This document shows positions 31,330 through 41,896 of a stretch of DNA of 64,000 bases, piece by piece. A model generated the notes under the pieces. The model was not told where the DNA came from. It searched no databases and saw only the letters and a program-made list of their open reading frames with translations. The stretch lies in the NCBI GenBank assembly GCA_963666285.1, contig OY762711.1; one strand, given 5' to 3'. This stretch comes from Sedimentisphaerales bacterium. Its GTDB lineage: Bacteria > Planctomycetota > Phycisphaerae > Sedimentisphaerales > SM23-30. How positions within the stretch are numbered: position 1 is the first letter of the stretch; each line of letters starts with the position of its first letter. A program made the translations under genes and the position numbers.

Positions 31330-32241
31330 ATGATTGAAGTATTGGATAATTGCGTGTTGGATTATAAGGAAATATTACAGGCTATAGATGCTCCAATAGC
31401 GATAGTTAACGAAAATAATATTATTTGCTATTGGAACAAAAGCATCGAAAGACTTACCGGTTTCAAGGCTGAAGAGGTGCTTGGCCAGCCATACAACACT
31501 TCACAGTTTCTGCCAGAACCAGAAAGTCATTCCCAAAAGCAGAGTTACGGGATAAATACCGTTCTGCGAGATGGCATACCTGCAACCTGGAAAGGTTTTA
31601 TCGTTAGAAAAAACGGTCAGCGGGTACCGGTAGAGTCCAGGATATCACCTATCAGGGAAAAGCAATCTGGTACCATTATTGGTGCAATAGGCATACTCCA
31701 TGACATCTCGGTTCTTGCCTCTATGGAACAGACCATGAAGGATATGCTCGTTACCTCTAGGCTGGACCATCTCACAGGCATTAACAACCGACATTCAATA
31801 GGTTCTATTCTCGAAAGTGAAATGGAACGCTCACAACGTTATAACCAGCCCCTGGCAGTCATTATGCTCGATCTGGATAATTTCAAAGGGGTAAATGATA
31901 CCTATGGCCATGAAACCGGTGACCTGGTGCTTCGTGAAACCGGCAGTATGCTTAGTTTCAACCTGCGAATGCCCGACTCGGTAGGGCGATGGGGTGGCGA
32001 AGAGTTTATTATTCTACTGCCCGGCAGTGACCTGGAAAAGGGCCGCAAGACCGCAGAACGTATCAGGGAATATATCGCGACTATTAAAATCCCGAATGTG
32101 GACAGGCCAATTACCGCAAGCCTGGGGGTCTCTCAATATGATCTTGGTATGAACGCTACTGAAATTGTCGCTAAAGCTGATGAGGCTATGTATCAAGCCA
32201 AACAAAACGGCAAAAACCAGGTTTGCGTATCTGAAAAATAA
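31330..32241 (+). CDS. PAS-GGDEF diguanylate cyclase
   Basis: PAS N-terminus, DHLTGINNR, RWGGEEF, RxxD I-site. Confidence 0.92.
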   Translation: MIEVLDNCVLDYKEILQAIDAPIAIVNENNIICYWNKSIERLTGFKAEEVLGQPYNTSQFLPEPESHSQKQSYGINTVLRDGIPATWKGFIVRKNGQRVPVESRISPIREKQSGTIIGAIGILHDISVLASMEQTMKDMLVTSRLDHLTGINNRHSIGSILESEMERSQRYNQPLAVIMLDLDNFKGVNDTYGHETGDLVLRETGSMLSFNLRMPDSVGRWGGEEFIILLPGSDLEKGRKTAERIREYIATIKIPNVDRPITASLGVSQYDLGMNATEIVAKADEAMYQAKQNGKNQVCVSEK

Positions 32242-32352
32242 AGGATATTCTGGCTTGCTCTTCCAGATTTGAATGATTAATTTTGCGACTTCTGATAGAG
32301 ATTCAAGTTTTGGTGTTACCTGTTTTGCGTTTGTTTCTTTACCATCTCAACT

Positions 32353-33928
32353 CTAATTACTGACAAAGTTGTTTCTTCCATTTTCCTTGGCACAATACAG
32401 GTTGCTGTCGGCTTTTTCTATCAGTTCTCGGGTGGTTTCAATATCATCGGTTAGTTCTACTAGACCGCAGCTTATCGATACATTCATACCTGGATATGGC
32501 CAGTTTATATTTCCTATTGAATGGTATATTCGTTCCAGGGCAGGTTTTGAGTGTTCTATATTCTGGTCGATAAATACCAGCAGAAATTCATCGCCGCCAT
32601 ATCTGCCCAATATATCGGAATCTCGTATCTCTTCTTGAATTGTGGCTACGATAGTTTTAATTACTTCATCACCTGTCTGGTGGCCGAATTTGTCATTAAT
32701 CTGTTTGAAATAATCGATATCAATTACCGAAGCGGATAGCTTATTGCCATATCTTTTAGCACGTGATATTTCTGATGTCAGTCTGTCAATAATAGACTTA
32801 TGGTTCAAAATACCTGTCATGCTGTCGGTTGTTGCCATGATTTCAAGCTGTTTGGATTTGGCCCTGATGGAATTCAGCAGGTCGTTAAACTGGATGGCCA
32901 AATAGCCGATTTCATCTTTACGTTGAATTGAATGTTCAATTTTAAGCTTTTGTGTTTTCTGAATCTTGGCTATTTCTCTTACCATTTTATATAGTGGTTT
33001 AAGGACAATTCTTTGGGTTAATATTCCCATTATGAGAAACAGGCCGAGAAAGATTACTGATATCATTATCAGCAGAGACTCTATAGTTACGATTCCCAGG
33101 GCTGTAATTTTGCCTTCAACTTCTTTGCTGATAATAAATAATGGCTTACCGGTTTGTGTGATATATATTGAAGATATCTGCTCTTTGTTGTCTTTTTGTA
33201 AATATCTGTAATTATACGATTTAAATATTTCACTTCTTTTTTCGACAATGTCGGTTACTCCAGTCAGAGCTTCGTCACCTATCACTTGACTTTCTTCAAA
33301 GGTCATACCTACATTATTTCTGATTTTGTCGAAAAACTTCTCATCAATAAATTTCCCCATCATGAGTGTACCGCGGTATGGTTCCTTGCCGTCTGATGGT
33401 AATATAGGACGAGATAAAACAGCCATATAGCGATCACCAATAAGTGGAAAATTAATGTAAACTTTTCTATCATCATAGCTTTCAGGTATTAATACGCCAG
33501 GGTTGAAATCTTTCTTTCCAGTTATTTCTGGCAGGTTAAGTTCTTTTTTACCCTCCAGGTTATAGCATTTCCCAAAAACTGGTTCGCCTGTTTTGTTATA
33601 GATGTATATCAGGTTGATATTCGTTGAGTAAAAAGAATCTTCGACCAGATTAGACTCGACAAAGTTTTCATTTCTTTCGTTTACGAATGTATATAAGTCG
33701 TCCCAGTTCCCCCAGTCTTTACAGGCCAGGTTCAGATGCATAAGTTCATTTTCAATACTTTTCTGGATCAGGCACAATTCATTTTGAGCCTTCTCATGCT
33801 CCAGATTGGCAAATGCTGGCTCTATAATATATGCGCTGACATACAAAAGCACGAATAGCCCTAAAAATGTTACCGAACAAGCAGTTACAAATAGTTTATA
33901 TTTAATTGAGTTTCTAAATTTTATCATG
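32353..33928 (-). CDS. CHASE4-HAMP-GGDEF membrane diguanylate cyclase
   Basis: Two TMs, DWGNWDDLY (CHASE4), KDEIGYLA (HAMP), RYGGDEF; start uncertain (33928 or 33981). Confidence 0.9.
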
Positions 33929-34225
33929 TAATTTCCATAATTCTTCCCTCTTTTCCTGTAAATATAGATGTTTTTAGCCATTGATTTATCGACCGAATAT
34001 TAAGCAATATTCACTTTGTTTTGTATTTTGAACTATTTACTATAAGATATTGTATTTGATATGTTTAGCTCTAAAATTGTAGCAATTGCATTACGATACA
34101 ATGTTATTTGCCGAAGCCGAAAAAATATAATTTATTTATTTTTTATCGGACATTTGTCGATATATCTGATTGTGTGCAGACTGTTTTATGAAAACTGAAA
34201 ATAATAATTCTGCAGGCGATAATTT

Positions 34226-34675
34226 ATGTTTTACTTTTTGGCACAAACAAATAAATTGTTTAGTAACAATCCTAACCCTTTGAAGCAATGGAGCAAATCT
34301 TTTCAGGATACTGCTAAATTTGATTCTGTTCTGGCTTATAAATTTCTGGGGATTATTGTTGCTATTATTCTTACCTTGATTTTGATAAGAAAAATTCATA
34401 TCAGGCATAATTATCATAAAACTACCCGCGAGTATAAGCTTTTTGAAGATCTGCTGGCCAAGCTAAATTTGACACGAACTGAAAAAAGCACCCTCAGACA
34501 GATGGCTAAGGAAGCAAGGCTCAAACAACCGGCTATGTGCCTGATTACACCGGGACTTATGCAGGTTTCCAAGGACCTCTGGCTGAAAGAAAAGGGCAAA
34601 AAGCTTATCAAAAGCGGGAAGATCCAGGTCCTCAATAATGTGTCACACAAACTTCACGACTACAGTCTTGTTTGA
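34226..34675 (+). CDS. Hypothetical membrane-anchored protein
   Basis: 149-aa ORF with one TM helix. Confidence 0.6.
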   Translation: MFYFLAQTNKLFSNNPNPLKQWSKSFQDTAKFDSVLAYKFLGIIVAIILTLILIRKIHIRHNYHKTTREYKLFEDLLAKLNLTRTEKSTLRQMAKEARLKQPAMCLITPGLMQVSKDLWLKEKGKKLIKSGKIQVLNNVSHKLHDYSLV

Positions 34676-34852
34676 GATATAGAATAAGCTCCTTTTGTTC
34701 ATTTCTTATATAACTGTCTGTTTGACAGTGGTTTCCAGTTACTGATATTTATTTTATTTTGCTGCGCAATATTGTGATATTTTTTGCTTATCTATAATAG
34801 ATACTTGGAAATAATATTTAAATTTCACAAATTTTAACATGGAGTATTTATT

Positions 34853-36448
34853 ATGAGACATGCAGAAGATTTATCATTGACCAGAAATAAATTGAATATT
34901 AAAAATCCGCAGAAGGTGCAGGGTTTTATTAGATTTATATTTTGTATTGCTACCTTACTGCTGATATATACCAAAAGCTCTGCAATATTTGATAAAACTC
35001 TTCAATTTGTTGATGAAATTTTGGTTGACGGCAAAATAAGATTTCAGGCTGTTGAAAGTATCAGGCTTTGGAACGGTATTACCTTTACTATATGTTCTGT
35101 TATCCTGACACTCATCGCTATTATTATAATTATAAATATGATAAGTGCTGTAAGGTCAATGCTTTCGCTCTTTGTGCCTGTTCATGTACCCGGTCCGATA
35201 TCAGAGAAAGATGTATTATCACTTTTCAAGGATAGAACAATTACAACTTATTCAAAGCCTACAAGGTTCATTAATATACTATGTTCGGTATTTAGTGAGA
35301 GATTGAGATTTGTAACCGGCGATGTACACCGACTTATATATATTACGATTTCTTCTTTGAAGTTTTGGCTTATTCTGCTTTCACTGCTGGTAATACCAAA
35401 ATTTATTTCTATCGATAACCCTGATCTGGCATGGATTATAAATAGTATTCCAATGCCTGTTTATCTGATTGGTATTGTCGGTCTTGCTTTTATTGTACGT
35501 TTGTCAGCAATTGTAGCTTCAATTCCATGCAGACCCGATGTTTATGTCTCTGAAAGTAGAAAGCATCAGGACAATACAGGTAATCCTGTAAACTTTCATA
35601 ATTATATCAACCATGTATTGAACGTAATACGCTATAAGAACTTTGAAAATAGAATTATATCTAATGTACCTCCGAGGGTTGGTCGCACGGAACGCGGACA
35701 GACTGACAGCTTTTCCTGCCGACTGCTGGCTGAAACACAGCCGGTACCCATACATAGAGGGTTTGCATTAAATTCCATTATATTATTGATCGGCAGTGCC
35801 ATAATGTGCATTTACGCGATATTTATAATTACTGCCATACCGGAAAAGGTTGTAATTACTGATATTACCGGTTTCAACAGTTTATCTGATAGCCAGAGAG
35901 CGAGATTGATGTTTAACATAATTATCTCTGGTCTGTCAATGGTTTTTGCTTGTTTTATTGCTCTCAAAATTGGCAGCAGTCTTAACTCATGGGGAAAACA
36001 CTTTGCTCATAAGTTCAGATTTGCTAGTAAGTTGTACTGGATAAATGTTAATGGAACTTATAGTGCCAGCAACATTGGTATTGGCGATGGCAGGGGAGGG
36101 CAGTTATATTCTCAACGTGTTGTTATGCAGGGTGATTCTTATATAACATTGTATGCTACCAGGATTATTACTGAATGTCATTCTCTTGATGAGCCCAGAG
36201 TTATGCTGACAACAAAACTATCAGTGGATTTTGAAAGAGAATTGGAGTATCTTTTGAATGAAATCGAAAATTATGATGATGCCGGTAAACTTGCCGGAAT
36301 TCAGCCTGACGATAAAAATATTCATAATATTATGGCTGCAAATAATATGATAAACCAGGCAAATGCGGCAGCGATGAAGCTTAACGGCTTTAATGTTGAA
36401 AGCAATGGATTGCAGTATTTGAATACGAATGAGAATTGCCAAAATTAA
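34853..36448 (+). CDS. Hypothetical multi-pass membrane protein
   Basis: 531-aa ORF, about 6 TM helices, GGAG RBS; family not recognised. Confidence 0.75.
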   Translation: MRHAEDLSLTRNKLNIKNPQKVQGFIRFIFCIATLLLIYTKSSAIFDKTLQFVDEILVDGKIRFQAVESIRLWNGITFTICSVILTLIAIIIIINMISAVRSMLSLFVPVHVPGPISEKDVLSLFKDRTITTYSKPTRFINILCSVFSERLRFVTGDVHRLIYITISSLKFWLILLSLLVIPKFISIDNPDLAWIINSIPMPVYLIGIVGLAFIVRLSAIVASIPCRPDVYVSESRKHQDNTGNPVNFHNYINHVLNVIRYKNFENRIISNVPPRVGRTERGQTDSFSCRLLAETQPVPIHRGFALNSIILLIGSAIMCIYAIFIITAIPEKVVITDITGFNSLSDSQRARLMFNIIISGLSMVFACFIALKIGSSLNSWGKHFAHKFRFASKLYWINVNGTYSASNIGIGDGRGGQLYSQRVVMQGDSYITLYATRIITECHSLDEPRVMLTTKLSVDFERELEYLLNEIENYDDAGKLAGIQPDDKNIHNIMAANNMINQANAAAMKLNGFNVESNGLQYLNTNENCQN

Positions 36449-36544
36449 ACTGCTCTAATATTCAACTTTCGCAGCTTTTAATTTACAAGGCTCTGTTCCG
36501 GACTTTGCGTGTAATGCGGAACAGTCAAAAGTGTGATACCGCAC
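36441..36544. repeat. Composite: family 1 right end (36441-36457) abutting an internally deleted family 2 copy (36464-36544)
   Basis: AAAATTAAACTGCTCTA followed by TTTCGCAGCTTTTA...CTTTGCGTGTAATGCGGAACAGTCAAAAGTGTGATACCGCAC. Confidence 0.65.
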
Positions 36545-36599
36545 ATTTGACGTTCTGTACAACTGAGAAAAAAACAAAACAGCAGAACAAGAAGGATAG

Positions 36600-37754
36600 A
36601 TGAAACTGAATAATAAGTTAAATATATTGGTTTTAGAAGCTTACGATGGCGGCAGTCATGGCGGCTTTCTGGATGGATTGATCAGTTGCAGTAAACATAA
36701 TTATGTTCGCCTCTCACTGCCTGCCAGGAAGTGGAAATGGCGGATGAGAGGCTCTGCTATCTGGTACGCCCGCAAATTACACAATATCTGGCCTGTCAAT
36801 GCCGGGTTTGCTCCGGATGGTGTCGACCTGATTTTTACTTCTGATATGACAAGTGTTGCCGATCTGAAGGCTTTGCTTCCTGTTAAGCTTAGATGTGTTC
36901 CGGTGGTATGCTATTTCCATGAAAATCAGCTCACCTATCCGCTCTCCGAACATGATGAAATTGACTATCAGTATGGATTTACCAACATAACATCAGCTTT
37001 ATCAGCTGATGCCGTTTGGTTCAATTCTGAATATAATCGTATGTCTTTCCTGGATGCTGCTGATGAACTTCTCAGGAAGATGCCTGATTTTGTACCGGAA
37101 GGTATCGCAGACGACTTAAGAAACAGCAGTATTATCATGCCGCCAGGTTTGAACCCTGGTGTTTTTATGGTTAATCGATCTGAAAGACAGTTTAATTGTC
37201 CGGTTATTTTGTGGAACCACAGGTGGGAATTCGACAAACAGCCGGAAGTTTTTTTCGAGACCCTTTACAATCTTGATGATGATGGTGTTGATTTTCGGTT
37301 AATCGTTGCCGGTGAATCATTTAGGACATGGCCGCCGGTCTTCGATGATGCTATGGAAAGACTATCAGAGAAGATTATTCACTTTGGTTATGCTGAAACC
37401 AGCCGCCGCTATTATGAACTTCTCGCCATGAGTGATATTGTAATATCGACTGCAATTCACGAGTTTTTTGGCTTAAGCGTAATGGAAGCTGTTGCTGCCG
37501 GTTGTTATCCATTACTGCCAAACAGGTTAAGTTATCCATATCTCATTCCCCAAAAATGTCACAATCAATGTATATATGATAGCGATCATGATTTGCTGGA
37601 CAAACTGAAGACCTTAATTACTTCAAAGGGCTATGAAACTAATAGTGATTTATCATTGCTGTCTAACACAACTTTTGAACTGAATTGGGATAAGCTGGTT
37701 GATAAATATGACTTGGAATTCACCAAAATACTGACAGGTGCTAATGAGGCTTGA
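36600..37754 (+). CDS. GT-B glycosyltransferase with DUF3524 (GTDC1/QTMAN-like)
   Basis: YDGGSH, LPARKWKWRMRGSA, YFHENQLTYP, WNHRWEFDKQPE, HEFFGLSVMEA and PNRLSYP motifs. Confidence 0.88.
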   Translation: MKLNNKLNILVLEAYDGGSHGGFLDGLISCSKHNYVRLSLPARKWKWRMRGSAIWYARKLHNIWPVNAGFAPDGVDLIFTSDMTSVADLKALLPVKLRCVPVVCYFHENQLTYPLSEHDEIDYQYGFTNITSALSADAVWFNSEYNRMSFLDAADELLRKMPDFVPEGIADDLRNSSIIMPPGLNPGVFMVNRSERQFNCPVILWNHRWEFDKQPEVFFETLYNLDDDGVDFRLIVAGESFRTWPPVFDDAMERLSEKIIHFGYAETSRRYYELLAMSDIVISTAIHEFFGLSVMEAVAAGCYPLLPNRLSYPYLIPQKCHNQCIYDSDHDLLDKLKTLITSKGYETNSDLSLLSNTTFELNWDKLVDKYDLEFTKILTGANEA

Positions 37755-37801
37755 TTTATCCAATAGCTTGACAGCGTAGAATAATGTGCAATTGTGAATG
37801 A

Positions 37802-37838
37802 AAAGTTCGAAATTAGCGTTACGATAATTTCGAACTTT
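37802..37838. terminator. Probable bidirectional terminator between convergent genes
   Basis: AAAGTTCGAAATTA...TAATTTCGAACTTT perfect stem. Confidence 0.65.
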
Positions 37839-37872
37839 GGATATAGAAAACAGAAATGTAATTATTTGTGGT

Positions 37873-38754
37873 TTATAGTGATAGATCTATTTCCAATTGT
37901 TTAATTTCATCTTCACACGCTGGTTGAAGAGGCATTCTTGGCGGACCTACCGGGTGACCTTTTATTGCACAGCCGGCCTTTACATATTGAGTATATTTGC
38001 CGCTGTTTTCGATTGCTGCCAGTGCCGGCAGAATCTTATACAGATATTCTCTGGCCGAAGAATAGTCCTTTTGCAATACACAAAGATTGTATAGCTCTAC
38101 ATGTTCTTTAGGCAGGACATTAGCTATGCCGCCAACCCAGCCGATTACACCCAGTGCAAATAATTCCAATGCAACACAGTCACCGCCGGCAAAAACAGCT
38201 ATGCTGTCTCCGCAGCGGCTTATAATTTCACTTACTCGGGTGGAATCACCGGTGCTTTCTTTGATGTATTTGACATTTTTAAGTTGTGCCAGAGCTTCAA
38301 CCTGTTCCGGCGTAATGTCAACTCCTGCACGTGCCGGGTAATTATAGAGCATTATCGGGATATCTATGGAGTCATTGACAGCCTCAAAATGTTTAAATAA
38401 TTCCGGGGGAGTTGGCAGAGAATAATATGGCGGGGCAATCAGCAAACCGTCTGCTCCGGCCTTTTCGGCTTGTTGGGAATATTCTATTACCTTTTTAGTT
38501 GAAGACGCGTTGGTACCTGCCAAAACCGGCACTCTGCCGGCAACAGCGTCAATAGTTACCCGCAAAACCTCGCTGCGCTCATGGTCTGTAAGGGCATAAA
38601 ATTCTCCGGTACTGCCTAGCGGGATAATCCCGTGAACTCCTTCTTTAATGAGGTAGTCAGCAAATTCGCCCAGTTTATCGTAATTAATCTCCTGGTTATC
38701 GTCCATAGGCGTTATCATTGCGACATAAACGCCTGTAAAATTACTTTTAGTCAT
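37873..38754 (-). CDS. DapA-family lyase; probable delta1-pyrroline-4-hydroxy-2-carboxylate deaminase
   Basis: GSTGE, LYNYP and IKES motifs; last gene of the hydroxyproline operon. Confidence 0.8.
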   Translation of the reverse strand: MTKSNFTGVYVAMITPMDDNQEINYDKLGEFADYLIKEGVHGIIPLGSTGEFYALTDHERSEVLRVTIDAVAGRVPVLAGTNASSTKKVIEYSQQAEKAGADGLLIAPPYYSLPTPPELFKHFEAVNDSIDIPIMLYNYPARAGVDITPEQVEALAQLKNVKYIKESTGDSTRVSEIISRCGDSIAVFAGGDCVALELFALGVIGWVGGIANVLPKEHVELYNLCVLQKDYSSAREYLYKILPALAAIENSGKYTQYVKAGCAIKGHPVGPPRMPLQPACEDEIKQLEIDLSL

Positions 38755-38844
38755 AAAGTGAACATCCTTTATTATTTATGGTTTCAAAAACGCTCTAGTG
38801 TGTGTCAGGCTATCATATTAGTGATAGCCGACAGGTAAAGATTG

Positions 38845-40356
38845 CTAGAAGCTCATCCATATGGTTTTCATTTCTGTGTATTGTTCGTGGGCGTAAATGG
38901 ATTTATCGCGACCGAAGAAGCCGGATTGTTTGTAGCCGCCAAATGGTGTGCCCATGTCGCCCTCGGCAAAGCAGTTTACTGAGACATTACCGGCTCTTAG
39001 TGCTTTAGCTATCCTGTGAGCTGAGTTCAGGTTAGTTGTGTAAACTGAACCAGCCAGTCCATATTCTGTATCATTTGCTACTGCAATAGCTTCCTGTTCA
39101 TCCTTTACTGAGATGACAGATAGTACCGGGCCGAATATCTCTTCAGCGGCGATTTTCATGTCATTTTTGACATTGTCAAAGATAGTAGGTTCGATGAAAT
39201 AACCGCCGCTTTCTTCGTGAATCCTATTACCGCCAAGTACGAGTTTGGCTTTTTCTGCCTTTCCGGCTTCAATGTACCCCAGCACCTTCTCCATATGAGG
39301 TTTTTCGATCATTGCCCCCAGAAGATTGTCAGGGTCCAGCGGATCGCCGGTTTTCCAGGTTGATGCCTTGGCTATGATTTTTTCCAGAACTGCATCTTTG
39401 ACCGATTCTTCGACAATAAGCCTGGAGCCGCAACTGCAATTCTCGCCCATATTCCAAAACGCGGCACTTACAGCGTTTTCGGCAACAATATCAAGATCTG
39501 CGTCTGCCATTACGATTTGAGGGCTCTTGCCGCCGCATTCGAGAATAATGCGTTTTAGATTAGATTGGCTGGCATAGTTTAGGAAGTATCTGCCTACTTC
39601 AGTCGAACCGGTGAAAGCTACCATATTGACATCCATATGCATACCTATTGCTTTACCAGCTGTTTCACCGTAACCAGGGACAACGTTAAATACTCCGTCC
39701 GGCATTCCGGCCTCTGCTGCCAGCTTTGCCATTAATAAAGCGCTTAGTGAAGTCAGCTCCGCTGGCTTTAATACCACACTGTTTCCGGTTGCTAATATCG
39801 GGCCGAGTTTCCAGGCTGCCATTTGGGCCGGAAAGTTCCATGGGATAACTGCCCCTACTACTCCCACCGGTTCACGAACTATAATGCCGAGATTATCCGG
39901 TCCGGTTGGTGAGATACTGTCATATAGCTTGTCGGCAGCTTCGGCATGCCAGCGTATGCATGCTATTGTTTCGGGAGCATCTATCTGCTCGCAGTCGCTA
40001 ATGGGCTTACCAGCTTCCAGGCAATCTAATAATGCCAGTTCCTGCTGGTGTTTTTCCATGAGGTCGCAGAATTTCAGCATGATTGCTTTACGTTCAGAAG
40101 GTGCCATTCCTGACCATACTCCCTTTTCAAAAGATAATTTAGCGGCTTTAACAGCCTTATCGACATCTTTGACATCACATTCTGCTATTTGAGCCAGCTC
40201 TTTGCCTGTTGCTGGGTTTTCTGTTGCAAACGTCTTTCCGCTGGCTGCTTTTACAAAGCTTCCATCAATAAATGCGTCAGTTTCAAAATGTAATTCTTTG
40301 GCAGCTTTAACATATTCGTCTTTTGTTAATAAGTCGCTCATAATAATTCCTTTCAA
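38845..40356 (-). CDS. Aldehyde dehydrogenase; probable alpha-ketoglutaric semialdehyde dehydrogenase
   Basis: PWNFP, FTGSTEVG, LECGGKSP and EEIFGPV motifs; substrate inferred from operon context. Confidence 0.85.
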   Translation of the reverse strand: MKGIIMSDLLTKDEYVKAAKELHFETDAFIDGSFVKAASGKTFATENPATGKELAQIAECDVKDVDKAVKAAKLSFEKGVWSGMAPSERKAIMLKFCDLMEKHQQELALLDCLEAGKPISDCEQIDAPETIACIRWHAEAADKLYDSISPTGPDNLGIIVREPVGVVGAVIPWNFPAQMAAWKLGPILATGNSVVLKPAELTSLSALLMAKLAAEAGMPDGVFNVVPGYGETAGKAIGMHMDVNMVAFTGSTEVGRYFLNYASQSNLKRIILECGGKSPQIVMADADLDIVAENAVSAAFWNMGENCSCGSRLIVEESVKDAVLEKIIAKASTWKTGDPLDPDNLLGAMIEKPHMEKVLGYIEAGKAEKAKLVLGGNRIHEESGGYFIEPTIFDNVKNDMKIAAEEIFGPVLSVISVKDEQEAIAVANDTEYGLAGSVYTTNLNSAHRIAKALRAGNVSVNCFAEGDMGTPFGGYKQSGFFGRDKSIYAHEQYTEMKTIWMSF

Positions 40357-41654
40357 TATAGTTCTGTCGATGCTTTATCGCAGCAGGTTTCGCTATATCC
40401 GGCCAGAGATTCGACTCTGACTGGAAATATGGGGGCGCGGTTAGTTGTTTTCTCCCATCCAAAAAGGTATCGTACTGCACCGCTGCATGTTCTGCCCTGG
40501 CATGGCCCCATACCCAAATGGCTATATAGTTTAGCTTCACGCCATAATGTATTGTTTTTTATATCTTTATATGCGGCATCTTCACAGCGGCATATAATTG
40601 TATCTGGTCGTACCAGTTCTTTTAGCTCATTCCTTAACGCGAAATGAAAATCCAGTGCCTTGCCAAATAGAATCGTTTTTGTTTTTTTCTTTTGGTAACG
40701 TTTGGCTGATTTATGGTTTCCGGTGCACGCATATCCGGCAATTAATCCTTCAACTAATGCACCATCAACTCCGGAGATACCAGTTGGCTCACCTGCACAG
40801 TATATGTTTTCCACAGATGTTTTGCCGGTATTGTCAGTAACAACCTTTTCCTGTTGTATTTCGCAACCCAGCAACTCAGGTAATTCCAGATTTGAACATA
40901 AGCCAAAGGCTGATGCCAGATAGTTGCAAGGCTCTGTCCAGGTTTTAGTACCGTTTGTGAGAGTAACGCTTTCGATTTTGTCTATGCCGTTAGCTTCTAT
41001 GGGCCAGCAATGGGTCTTGTACGGTATGCCCAGTAGGATAGATTGATATATAGCAGCCTGAACGATCTTCGATGGAGCCAGTTTTGGCAGTTTTATCCCG
41101 AATTTGATCAGGTTCGGCAAGTCGGCCTGTTCTGCAATCAACTTAACTTTTGCGCCGTGCAGCCTTAGGTGTGCAGCCGCGGCAAACAGCAGGGGACCGC
41201 TGCCGGCAAGTACGACCTTTTTATTTTTGACGTCCATGCCCAGTTTTGCCAGATTGTGCATCCCGCCTATCCCAAATACGCCGGGCAGTGTCCAGCCGGG
41301 AAATGGTACAAATATTTCCCTGGCACCGACCGCCAGAATCAGTTTTGAATATTTGACCTGCAATACATTATCTGGAGTTTCTACTAGAATTGTGTCCATA
41401 CCAGATGCGGCAAATACTGCAGCTTGGGTATAAATCTTAACTTTCGAGTTTTCAATTCTTCGCACCCATCCCCCACCCCCCATAGGTTGTTGATTTTGTT
41501 CGGCTGATTTCCAGATTTGTCCGCCTAAATTATTTGTAAGTTCGAAGAGTCCGACCGAGCAGCCAGACTCAGCAGCTGTGCATGCGGCAGCTATACCGGC
41601 TGGGCCACCGCCAACGATAACAACGTCATAATGCAATTTTTTACTATCTGTCAT
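40353..41654 (-). CDS. FAD/NAD oxidoreductase, D-hydroxyproline dehydrogenase alpha-type subunit (HcnB-like)
   Basis: GGGPAG, PFPGWTLPGV, ICRCED and GMGPCQGRTC motifs. Confidence 0.82.
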   Translation of the reverse strand: MTDSKKLHYDVVIVGGGPAGIAAACTAAESGCSVGLFELTNNLGGQIWKSAEQNQQPMGGGGWVRRIENSKVKIYTQAAVFAASGMDTILVETPDNVLQVKYSKLILAVGAREIFVPFPGWTLPGVFGIGGMHNLAKLGMDVKNKKVVLAGSGPLLFAAAAHLRLHGAKVKLIAEQADLPNLIKFGIKLPKLAPSKIVQAAIYQSILLGIPYKTHCWPIEANGIDKIESVTLTNGTKTWTEPCNYLASAFGLCSNLELPELLGCEIQQEKVVTDNTGKTSVENIYCAGEPTGISGVDGALVEGLIAGYACTGNHKSAKRYQKKKTKTILFGKALDFHFALRNELKELVRPDTIICRCEDAAYKDIKNNTLWREAKLYSHLGMGPCQGRTCSGAVRYLFGWEKTTNRAPIFPVRVESLAGYSETCCDKASTELY

Positions 41655-41896
41655 CTGGTTTCAACTTTCATACCTGATTTACATTTTGTCTGACAGCTGC
41701 GACAGTGCTGATTTCCATTAACGGTAACTGTACATTCAAAGCAGGTTCCCATGCCGCAAAGCGGACCTCTTGGGCTGCCGTCTGGCGATTTGTGAAATTC
41801 TGTTATCCCGGCTTTGGCTAATACTGAAGATAATATTTCACCTTCGCGGACGCTATGCTCATTTCCATTAATGTATATTGTTATCATATCAGCCAT
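41651..41896 (-). CDS. 2Fe-2S subunit (gamma-type, HcnA-like)
   Basis: CGMGTCFEC...RSCQT. Confidence 0.85.
   Translation of the reverse strand: MADMITIYINGNEHSVREGEILSSVLAKAGITEFHKSPDGSPRGPLCGMGTCFECTVTVNGNQHCRSCQTKCKSGMKVETR

Noticed and set aside
37873..38754. Lysine-biosynthetic dapA
   Set aside because: Operon context favours a catabolic DapA-family deaminase
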